Assembly (NCBI GenBank): GCA_027604505.1
Contig: JADIIX010000126.1
Coordinates: 45,776-65,775, forward strand
DNA length: 20,000 bases
Reading direction: 5' to 3'
Source: Gonapodya sp. JEL0774
Taxonomy: Eukaryota
Part shown: piece after piece, positions 10,315-20,000 of the stretch
Layout of the letters: each line of letters starts with the position of its first letter
Position numbering within the stretch: the stretch's first letter is position 1
Notes under the pieces: model-generated
Databases searched by the model: none
What the model saw: the letters and a program-made list of their open reading frames with translations, nothing else
Told to the model about the DNA's origin: nothing
Made by a program: the position numbers and the translations under genes

Positions 10315-12557
10315 TCACCCCAAGAGCTCCAACCCCCTTCCCTGGAACAGATGCGGGTACGCTGCAGCAGCCCACGACTCCATCTGCATGACCGCGTTCA
10401 AGCCCGCGAGGTCCATCTCGTGGGATCCAGCCAGGACGAGTCCGGCGATCCCACTTGCGGATGCGGATGCGGATGTGGATGCGGCGGAAGACGGGTCGTG
10501 GACCATGTAAACGTCTCTGTCGGCAATCGGGGCGCAAAAGTCGGCAGAGAGGGCAGCGTCGACGGAGGGGTGGTGGTACGAGGGGGTGGGGAAGGCCATG
10601 TGGGGTTGAGAGAGCCCGCGGGCGGACGCGGTCATTTTGGCGAACAGGTCCAGCTCGCCGTTCATCATGAGTTCGATATCTGCAAGCGGGTAGTCCTGGC
10701 CATCCATGAAAGAAGCTTGCCCCTGCCCGAGCTGGTGATTTTGGTGGTGCTGTTGCTGGGATTGGTGGTGCAACGGAGCAGCCGTGGACGAGTAGTGATG
10801 CGCCATGAACGGCACGGATTCAGTCTGCGGGGATTGGACCAAGCTGAACGACCCAGCCGTCGGATCGCACAGACGGTTCGCCGCCGCGGCAGCAGCAAAA
10901 ACCGAGTTTCGGTAGTGCTCCACGTCCACGTCGACGCCGACGCCGTAGTGGACCGCGCCAGAGGCTGCGGACACGGCGAGGGGGACGGAGATGGGGACAT
11001 GAACTGGGACCGGAATTTGAACCGACGATGCGGCCCGTTGGACCGAGAGGTCTGTCCATGCGGTGGGGGGGAAGGACGAGGCCTGGTGGTACCCGAGAGA
11101 CTCTTGCCAGATGCAGGACGGGTCCGAGGTGGCTCGAGGAATGCGAGAGGGCGCCGAGGAGCGGGGTATGGGCATGGGCAACGAGTGTCGCTCGATGAGA
11201 CCAGGGTGAGCGTGCTGTCGGTGGAGGTAAGGGTGTTGGTGGTGGTCGTGCCATGTGGACATGGGGTCGGTCCACGAGGCAGGACCAGGAGGGGATGTGG
11301 CGGCGGATGTGGAGGAGAATGTGCGGTGGGATGTGATGGAGATGGGGGAGCATGATGTCGGGGAGCCGAAGGCGGCTGGTGGAACCGAGGACACGGGGGA
11401 CACGGCCGAGGCCGATATTGACACCGACGCCGGCACGGCCCAAAAGTGTCCGTTACCGTCGGTTTCAATGACCATCTGCGGCTCGTAGAGGTCTGCGTCA
11501 AACTCCGTGTCCAGGTGGTGCAGGTCGCTGTCGGTGTCTGGGTCCGCGACGAACACCGCCGAGGTGAGCGGAGCAGGCGCACTCGCATCAGCGACAGCGA
11601 CAGCGCCAGCACCGGTACTAGCACCGGCACCGGCAGCTGTGGGAGCCTGGACACGCAAGGAAGGACGGGACGATCTTCGCTTGGAACGCATGGCGCGTTC
11701 TGGTCCATTGGATGCACGGACGACGCGTGTCTGTGTCTGAGAGTGTGCAGGGGTCTCTGATGCAGGTGAGGGAGCTGTCGTGGTAGAGGCAGATGCATCT
11801 GGACTCGTGGAGGTGGACGGACTCATTTCCGGTGTCTCCAGATGCTCGGATTTGATCTGGGGCTCGACCGTGTTGAGTGGGAGGTCAACGGGGGGTTCCG
11901 AAGATGCAAATTCGGATTTGAGGATGGCGGTGGAGGAGTCGGGCGAGGAGGATGAGGAGATGGTGGTTGAGGTCGTGTCAGCACGAGGACGCTTGGGCCG
12001 ACCTCGACGGATTTCTGGCCGGGGGCCTTGGACATAGTGCAAGAGACGGTGTTGTCGGCAATTGTCCTGGGTGGACCCCGAACGAACACGTGAAGGAGGA
12101 GGATGTGTGGTGCCGAGTGCATAAAACGTAGCGATGATAACCAGACGCGCCGGATCCGGTATTATCACGATTTATCGTTCATTTTCGATTCGAAAGCGTG
12201 TTTTTCGAGGTCAGCTTTGTTCCTTTGTGGTGCAGATAAATCATGGATGGCCCGTCTAACTCACCAGTCGAGAAAACCTGCTCTGGCACACTCCGATTCC
12301 GCAGGGAAATGGTCGATCCGCAGAATGGAATGTTCTCAGATGTCGCGCCAAGTGTCCGCTGTTTCAATGGCGGACATAAAGTTTTAGAGTTTGAGAGTGC
12401 CAAGCCCGAATGTGTCACAGCCCACACACTAGGCCATCGCGGGGATCAGCTGAGACACGTACGCTGTCGAGAACTGCAGGCCACATCCGACATATTCGCA
12501 TGCGTGCCGTCTTTCGCCTGGGCGGAAGACGGCGGGCGCCTCGAACGCGATACCCAT
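10315..12557 (-). CDS. Nrg1-like two-finger C2H2 zinc-finger transcription factor, 646 aa; exons 12557-12463, 12358-12265, 12066-10315
   Basis: The spliced N-terminus reads MGIAFEAPAVFRPGERRHA-CEYVGCGLQFSTAGHLARHLRTFH-SADRPFP-CGIGVCQSRFSRLDNCRQHRLLH. Introns are 12462-12359 (GC|GTACGT...AAACAG|C) and 12264-12067 (CTG|GTGAGT...ACCCAG|GAC). GHLARH and RFSRxDNCxQH are the recognition-helix signatures of fungal Nrg1/Nrg2 repressors. A long S/P/A/H/Q-rich disordered C-terminal region follows. Orthology is not established. Confidence 0.9.
10456..10484. repeat. Hexamer microsatellite (TGCGGA)~5 encoding the Ala/Ser run ASTSASASAS in the transcription factor
   Basis: tgcgga tgcgga tgcgga tgtgga tgcgg on the + strand. 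Confidence 0.7.
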
Positions 12558-12825
12558 GAAATGGGTTTAGTGGGTCGTTCAACAAAGGGGGGGTAAGCGG
12601 TTGAAACCGGCGCCGAAATCCGGGAGCGACGGATCGGCGTTGGCAAAGGAAAAGAAGATGGAATTTCGCTGGGGAAAAGCGAAAATCCACGGCGTGTGGG
12701 AATTTGAAAATGACGATGGGAGTGCTCGGTTTGATGAAGGTGTGGCCAACCCCAATGAACAGTTCAGGGCGGGCGGGCCAGCGAGAAAAAACCTTGACCT
12801 GACCCCTGAGCTGGACGGCTCCTAA

Positions 12826-12833
12826 TTATTATA
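12826..12833 (-). promoter_or_regulatory. Possible TATA-like element (TATAATAA) of the C2H2 gene
   Basis: An AT-rich island about 270 bp upstream of the ATG at 12557, followed by a pyrimidine-rich leader. Position and composition are the only support. Confidence 0.2.
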
Positions 12834-14482
12834 TGACTTTTTCACGTGAATCTCTCGCTGACATGAAAACGGCATTTGGTACGATTTTGGCGACTCTGCC
12901 ATCGCCGTCATCCTGGTTCGTATGCGCTCTCGGCACATCCAGTTCAGTGACATATATGTATATCAGCATTACATATACACGGGAACATCGATCGAATTCT
13001 GGATAAAGAATCGGCAGCGGGCGAGAACATTCGGGAGTGATTAATGCCAAGGAATGTTGTGCCTGATGACTCTGCGATGACTCCACGTTTGTTGTTTTGT
13101 TGTTGTGTTGTTGTGTGTGGAGTGATCAGGTGTGGCGGGATCCTCAACCTCCAACCTCACCGGCTCATTTGCAATCTCAGCATAATATTCTGCCGTCTCC
13201 CCGCTTTCTGTCCGACAACAACCAGAGACATTTTACAATTTATTTGTCCATGGGAGCTTATTTACTCAAATCATTTCATTGGGGACGCAGTTTGATACAT
13301 GTTACTTGGATTCGACGGCGCATCCAAGAAGGCTCCTAGAGTCCCACACATCCCAAGAACGCATTGCAAGTAAAGCCAGCATTTGGCTAAATGAGATTGA
13401 TAGTGGGGCATTGCCACTGAGCTCGAGTCTTGTGCGAGCTATGCAGTAGTGATGTGAAGGAGCGTTCTGCGGTACCACGTGCTTTCGACGAGCAAACAAT
13501 CTTACGCAAAGAGATGGGTGTGATACCTTCATTGGGTCTTGCACGTCCACTCCTCTCCTTGAACTCGTCCCGAATCATGAGTTTCCCGATGCGGCTTGTA
13601 TTCAAATGATATGAAGAATTGCACAAAAACCTTGACATGTTGACACCGACCAAGATTCTCCAGCGTGAATTGAAATTGTCAGACAGGTTTCAAGGATGCC
13701 GACCCAGCAAAAGCATCACTTGCACGTTACAGGTGCTTCTCTCTAGTGGAATTCGTGCGTCGTTGTGATTCCGGTACGTCGCTTATCGGTGAGCTATCGT
13801 TCGCATCTTCTCTTTGGCACATTCAAAGTCATAGTTGGGTGATTCCGTTTCTGCTCAAGCGTTATTTATTTGAAACTACCGCTTGAGCTCTTGTTTTGCT
13901 GGAATCAATCAAGGGTCAGCTCAGTTCAACGCTTCCACCGCGGTGATTATGCATGTAATGTTCCCACTCGAGAACTGAAACCTGGTGAGAATACTACTTC
14001 AGTCATTGTCTGCCTCGCGATCTGATTTTCGCCTTCGATTTGCTCTCAGTTACAGCGCCCTGCCGCCGTTCTTATAGTCATAATGATCGGAACCGGGGTG
14101 GGTGCAATTAGATTTTATGACAGAGTGCACGAGTCATCGATAAGACGAAGTGTAATATTATTGTCATCCAAAATACTTCTGCGTCCGCAAACGGAAACAA
14201 CTTGGAAACGGCTACTGCGGTGTGTCGTTTCCACTTTAACGCCCCAAGTTTCTTAACTATCTGGGCAAGATCACAGGCAGTCGTGTTGTGAGGAAATATG
14301 ATTTGACATATTACATGATAATAGTGTCCACACTGCACTACACACAATTGAGACCCCCTTGCGAATTATTCTAATTTATGAACAACTTTATCCGCGCAAT
14401 TTTGTCACCAGGCAGTGCGTGTTCAAACACAAGCACATTACCTGCATCTGTTTGCACATCATCCTGATCTTGAGCCGGCCTT

Positions 14483-15658
14483 TTACTTGCTCAAAGACAG
14501 ACCCGCACCACTAAATGTGTCGGCGCCTTCCAACTCAGCCACTCCATTATCCTCAAGACTTTCCCCTCCTCCTCCAGAACTCAAACTGTTGGTGTCAGCT
14601 TGCATGCCCTCACCCTTACTCTTGTGAACAGCGCGAGCCACCGCCATCAATTTCAAGTTCCACGCGGAATGATAAAATCGCCCGCGGTCTTTTTGCATAA
14701 CCCCCACTGCCAGTCTGGTCGCCTCATCCCGTGCAAACCGCGATTCCCCGTTCCAACCACTCCACGCAAAGCTGTCCTCTCCCAGCAGGACCCGCTCTCG
14801 AACACGACGGACATTCCTACGATGTTTCGCCTCACAGTCCTTCTCCTCTGCAAACCTCAAGGGCTTCCCGAGCATATCCGCCATTTCCTGAAGGCGGTCT
14901 GCAAAACGCCGGGTTTCCGGATCCTTTTCCAGGTACGATTTTACGGTCATTCGAAAGTACTGGATGGATATTGGCGTATTTCTCTCCGTAGCTATCATGT
15001 CCACCAGTCTGCCATTCCCTGCGAGAGCTTTGTCGAGGTCGCGAATGACTTGGAGGGCGACTTCACCTCGAGCATCCTCCGCCTCCTCATACGACCGCAA
15101 CGAATCAAATCGCCAGCCACTCAGGTAGAAATGGCAAGACCAAGTTCCGTGTGAGGATTGCTGAGCAGGCGGAATCTCGATCATCCGTTCCAGCCCCATT
15201 CGAAGCGCAAGTGTCCTCAATTGAGCCAAGTGCTGCCTGTTGCCAGGCGGATCCTGCCGGCATTTCGGGGGCAATTTGGAAGCGGCCGTGCTCAATGGCC
15301 CTGCCAGGCGATTGATGGGGAGGAGAAGGTGGGTGGAATAGGAGAGATCACCCACACGTCGCCTCCACGATATAACCACTCTGTACTCACCACCGAGTGA
15401 ATTCTTTGATCCCCCAGCATCAATGAGAGCTTGAGAACGACCGAAGGCACCGGGAGATCCACCGAAAATAGTGGACGGGAGTTCTTGAGCTTCCACTTGA
15501 TGTGGAATGCGGGGAGGCGTCCCAAATCCCCAATGCGACGGAATCTCGGACGGAACTACAGGAGCGGGCAATGAAAGTCGAGCCCCGTCGGATGCTCGCG
15601 CCCATTTTCCTCCAGCGCAAGAGTTGTCAGGATCTTCGGTTGGGCGGCGTTTGGACAT
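14483..15658 (-). CDS. Hypothetical protein (~361 aa) with two degenerate double-stranded-RNA-binding-motif-like domains; probable exons 15658-15391 and 15300-14483
   Basis: The long ORF has its first ATG at 15658 (MSKRRPTEDPD). A likely in-frame 90-nt intron spans 15390-15301 (G|GTGAGT...TGGCAG|GG). The segments LAQLRTLALRMGL...WSCHFYLSGWRFDSLRSYEEAEDARGEVALQVIRDL and DRLQEMADMLGKPLRF...RVLLGEDSFAWSGWNGESRFARDEATRLAVGVM fit the alpha-beta-beta-beta-alpha dsRBM pattern by eye. Confidence 0.65.
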   Translation of the reverse strand: MSKRRPTEDPDNSCAGGKWARASDGARLSLPAPVVPSEIPSHWGFGTPPRIPHQVEAQELPSTIFGGSPGAFGRSQALIDAGGSKNSLGGEYRVVISWRRRVGDLSYSTHLLLPINRLAGPLSTAASKLPPKCRQDPPGNRQHLAQLRTLALRMGLERMIEIPPAQQSSHGTWSCHFYLSGWRFDSLRSYEEAEDARGEVALQVIRDLDKALAGNGRLVDMIATERNTPISIQYFRMTVKSYLEKDPETRRFADRLQEMADMLGKPLRFAEEKDCEAKHRRNVRRVRERVLLGEDSFAWSGWNGESRFARDEATRLAVGVMQKDRGRFYHSAWNLKLMAVARAVHKSKGEGMQADTNSLSSGGGGESLEDNGVAELEGADTFSGAGLSLSK

Positions 15659-16521
15659 TTGAAAGCGCAGATGCAGATTTGCAGGGATGCCGACAGTACA
15701 AGACGTGAGTTCGCAAGGAGATGCACGGTATTGTAGATGGACTCTGAGCTCTGGAGCTCGTATTCGAACACAAGGTGTCTGGTGTTGTGGAGCTCCAGAA
15801 CACCGCGAGTACGAAAACAAATTCTCCCTGAGATCAACTCAAACTCAGTCAGTGCGATATAGTACCATGTCCATTTAGTCAATTCTTTGTCACTTGAGTT
15901 CTTTATCATTCTACTTTCGCCCCAAAGGCTATGACATAAACCTATTTTTGTTCACATAAAGATGTCTACGCGATGCCGCGTTCTCGCCACCCTCCAGAAA
16001 ACCAAGATCAAGAACGGTGATCAATGTAACAGACTTCAATGTCAATGATAACCCCAGTGTCAAGTGTTGACGTATCAATGGCACCAAAAGAAGCCCGGAG
16101 ATACACTGCTAAAAATGAGGATCAATACAATCATTAGAGAAGAGATGAAAGCTCAACAAAGACCCGGGTTCCAGAACCCTCTGCGAAGTACGAACCCTGG
16201 GGGGCAACAGATGATTAAAGGCGAATGTATGTACTCAGGTTCGGAAAGGCGAGTTTGCTGAGGATTTCGATATCACTAGATCAAAGTCACGACGGTACTG
16301 AACATGGGGCAAGAAGGGAAGTAAGCCTCAGTCAGCATCGGATCTCCACGAAAAGCTACATGACGTGCAGAAGCACGTGGAGCAGTCGACATGCGTCATT
16401 GCCAGTGGCAAATGGCCATGAGTGAACTGCCTCTGCAAATCGCTTTGACTTGCGACGATTTCAATGACTGTGATTCAGGTGTGGTGGAGATGTTGCAGAA
16501 GTCGAAGCTTGCGGGTGAATG

Positions 16522-16845
16522 TTGCCAGTGGTGATTTGCCGGGTCCTTGATAACTCCGAGAGGCGACACATTCACGGTGGCGAATGTGCATCTACTCAGA
16601 AGATCGGAGAGATCTTGTGGTTGAAGTTGCCAGATTGGAGGTTGCTGAGTATTCGAGCGTCGGAACAACTCTGAGGGACAACACATTCACATAGGCAAAT
16701 GTGGGTCACCTCGGGAGCGAAGGAGAATGGTCGCCGGTCGCGTCGTCTGATTGGGAGTTGCTGGAGCAGAAAACCTCCGAGGGACAGCAAATTCACAGTG
16801 GCAAATTTGTGTCTTCTACGGAGCGGCGGGGTGTCCGGTTGCCAG
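16522..16845. repeat. Decayed tandem repeat, 3+ copies of ~96-116 bp
   Basis: The core recurs as aactccgagaggcgacacattcacggtggcgaatgtg (16552), aactctgagggacaacacattcacataggcaaatgtg (16667) and aacctccgagggacagcaaattcacagtggcaaatttg (16772). Unit starts ttgccag / tcgtctg lie at 16522, 16627, 16743 and 16839. Confidence 0.7.
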
Positions 16846-19800
16846 AATGTCGGCGGGTGTCGAACTTGGTCCAAGTGAGGATGACAATGAATTCTGGGAA
16901 TACTCGAAGAAGATGTCAGTGATGCACATTTAGTGTTAATGTACTCTTGCCCGGTAGTCGCTAAGGGCCATGTGCAGCTGCGTCGGCCATTTTGTCAGGC
17001 GAAGAGTGGATTACACTGGCTTGCTAGCTCAATTCGTTTGGTCTTGGTGCTTGGTGTTTTCTGGCTTGGGACGCCACGAAATTGTTGGTGTCGATGGATA
17101 AGATTCTGCAATGAACGCAGGGGGACCCATTAGTGGACTGAGGAAGGAAATGCTTACGGCGGAAGTATCTTGCAAATGTCACGGATGAACATGCAAGGGC
17201 AATGCCGTCTCTCTCACACACGTGCAAGTAGGTGAAAGTCATGCAAAGTCAACGTGTTACATTCGCAAAGTTGTTTTTGAAAAGCGACGGTATCAGAACT
17301 GCTTGACGAAGCTTGCTCATTCCAGAGCGAAGCCGGCCTGCCCAGCAGCAGACAATTTTATGGTCTCTTGTGGTCCCGGCTAATGAGACTCTCTACTGAA
17401 CGTAACGTACCTTGTTCTTGTTCAATGATAGAAATGAATAATCTCGGCAGAATTAAAAGAGTCGGGGTGGTTGCCTCAATGACGGTAGAAGTTCCAAGCT
17501 TGTCTGTCGTGACGATTGCCTGCTCTGCAAGGCGTCAATAGATCGAACGCGTTGAGTTGATAGTGATCATGTGACCGCCCCTGGACCAACACCGCACTCA
17601 CCCAGCATTCCGCTTGACACCGGCCTCAGCCTGCGAGAGCTGGCAGGTTGAATCCTACCGGCAGAGCCGTTGTTGCGGTTCCCCTGGTACGATGCGCTGC
17701 TCGCAACAACTGAACTCGCCCCGAACCGAAGCAGACGCCAAAAGCGTGCAGCAACGAGCGAGAACACGAAGAAGGCGCGTTCACCATGAAGCTGGTGTAC
17801 AACTCACATTACGCGCTGTCTGCGCCATCCAGACCCGTCGCGATTCCAAGTTCGCTGGAAGTTTGGAGATTGGTTGTTGGTCACGAGCCACTGGCGTTTT
17901 GACGTGCTTGCTCAGCCCCAGTGACCCTTGAATCATTCGATTACTGTTAAGTTCCATGGAACACCTTCTTTTCGCGACAGTTTCAGAGGTGAAATTTTCG
18001 CGAATCAAACTCCATGTTAAACATCAGAATCCGACCTTTCATTATCGAGTTTCGGTGCTTCGAAGATTCGTATGGGACCACTTGAGCTCCGAGCCTGAAT
18101 CCAATTGCATCCAATATTCATATTACTTGCGAACGACTCAGGGATGACGATCAAGCGTGCCAGCGATGCAAAATGATAAAAGTAAATCAAAAGCAGTTTG
18201 TAACTTGAATGGTTATCACTGCAGAGGCGTGAGCATAATTGATTTTCACTTGCAAGGATCATTCCGTCGTTCTGTCCGTTATTCGCCAAAAGGAAGCGTT
18301 CACCTGATCACAAAAGCTTCAGCTACCACCCATTGGAATGAAAATAATCCACATTCTCCAAAACGGCGATCAGAGTGCGCCCAGAAATTCCCTGACTCGG
18401 TCGAGATGTGAGAGTGAGGAATCTTCAAAAGGATATCCCGCTGGGGACAGAGTCCAGAATATTCACGTGGATCTTTCTTTCGAGCGTTCTACAAAATGCT
18501 CGCATTGTGGAGTGTGGATTTTCAGGTAGGTGTGGTGAGGTCATCATTCGCGATCGTGCATATGTCTCAATTTCGCACGTCATCCGCTATTTTATGCTTT
18601 GTTTTGTCCGTCATCACCTACCATTCCCAAAGACACTCATGGACGAACGCTCATTCGGGAACTATACCTTCATTGAGGGGTTGTTGCGAACGCCCCACGG
18701 TCTCCTCCACCGGTCTTCGCCGCCGATCGCTCGCTAAATTTGAGTTCTCGGCGATTCCAGTCAACTGACAAGTAGGGGATGCTGCCTGGTTTATCTTCTG
18801 TTAATCACCAGTACTCTAAAGGGCCGTTGTGAGGAGAAATTTACCATCTATAGGGTAGGTATATCATTCCACATATACAAAACTCGTCCGTTGAATCCCG
18901 GGATAGGTAATCACAGTGTCCTCGTTTCAGAAACTTCATTCGTTCCGGATGACTCCAAGGCGACAAGGATCCATATGATTGATTTTGTATGTGCTGAGAT
19001 GTCGGAATCCAAACTGGAATCGCAATCTTGGGACGATTGAACAGTCAGTTTTACTGATCGGGATTTGAAGGGGCGGACACTGTGAGTGCAATCGGCGAAG
19101 GTTTGCCTGCCTGTTGGAGTTGACACTCTTTTGTTGTAGATTATGCGAACGAACTTTGAAACAAGTACACGGAGAGCTAAAGGTGCGTAAAGTAAACGAT
19201 AATCTCATTCCTTCGAGGTAATCCCAAATTTTAATTGATTGGTTAGTGGTTGGTTATCACCATACCTAACCGAGACCAGCACTGAAGTCAATGGATGACC
19301 AGAAATTCTCAAGACCGCTGTCCTGTCTGTATTGTGAGCTCCTACACGAAACCAAATCTGTGGATTGAGCTGGGTTCCTCTTGGAATACGCAAAATTGAT
19401 CCACTTAATGGGCCGCAACTACAATCGTTCATCAGACTGTGTGACGGCTTCGCTATGTCATTTGTGGAACCTGCAGCGCGTTTGCCATTTGAGTGAACTA
19501 GTAATCATCCGCCTGACGATATTATTCTGACGGTGCAAACGGTATCCTTGGAACTTCGATCTGTCTCAAGTGACGGTTTTCACTCCATCAACAGTTCTAC
19601 AAGTTTCATGTCAAATGACTCAAGTCTAGAAGATGTATATATTAATCAATCCCACTCGCGGGATGTTTGGAGTTGGCAAGGTGAGCCACGGATCCGTTCT
19701 TCAATAACTGAGAATCCCCTTTGCTTCTCCTTAATCTCATAGCACAATGGTGAAATTATAACACTGATTCATATGCTCGTGAGAGTGTAACGCGGCAGCG

Positions 19801-20000
19801 GCATGATCCGGGGCAACGGAATAATTTCTTTGTTTGATGACCTATTGGTATCGTATGTGTACGCGAGTATAATGTCAACTAGTACATATTCAAGGAATAT
19901 TGACATATGAAATGAACGACCAGTAGTGGGTTTCAAAGTTGACTGAAATCGAATTATAATACGCACATTCTCGGCGACTTAAATATTGGAACATACGAAA

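Noticed and set aside
10162..11355. 397-aa + strand ORF (and the 377-aa alternative-frame ORF 10665-11798) overlapping the C2H2 gene
   Set aside because: Shadow ORFs expected from GC-rich, low-complexity coding sequence; Arg/Gly/Val-rich translation with no domain.
13387..13653. 88-aa ORF with ITPISLRKIVCS...LLHSS, faintly like a tyrosine-recombinase C-terminus (Crypton-like relic)
   Set aside because: The catalytic H-x-x-R is incomplete, there is no nucleophile Tyr, no upstream domain could be traced and there is no ATG-led frame of adequate length; likely chance.
15659..15820. N-terminal extension of the 445-aa ORF from a TTG start
   Set aside because: A non-ATG start is unlikely in a eukaryote; the first ATG at 15658 was used instead.
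17951..17962. 12-bp palindrome GTTCCATGGAAC resembling an RFX X-box
   Set aside because: Spacing differs from the GTTnCCATGGnAAC consensus, no gene is adjacent, and one such palindrome in 20 kb is expected by chance.

Overview
Eukaryotic, intron-containing DNA with short GT-AG introns of 63-198 nt. It looks fungal, and a zoosporic/early-diverging fungus is my inference. I assembled four spliced genes by hand that the ORF track splits up. (1) A giant (>2,200 aa, runs off the left edge) low-complexity protein on the minus strand, 6904 to <1. It is built from three repeat systems (7-aa, 14-aa, ~25-aa), two of which share an S-x-x-x-L / GSKQQL motif. (2) Divergently transcribed, a 6-exon, 377-aa secreted and probably GPI-anchored protein (7765-9480). 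It has two tandem Cu/Zn-SOD-like (Cu-only SOD type) domains but no histidine at all, so it is an apparent metal-free pseudo-SOD. (3) A 3-exon, 646-aa Nrg1-like two-finger C2H2 transcription factor with an AT-hook-like RRGRPKRPR motif (12557-10315, minus). (4) A ~361-aa protein with two degenerate dsRBD-like domains (15658-14483, minus). The last ~4 kb has no convincing gene but holds a decayed ~105-bp tandem repeat (16522-16845). No rRNA, tRNA, CRISPR or intact transposon was recognised. All family assignments are motif recognition by eye, not database searches.
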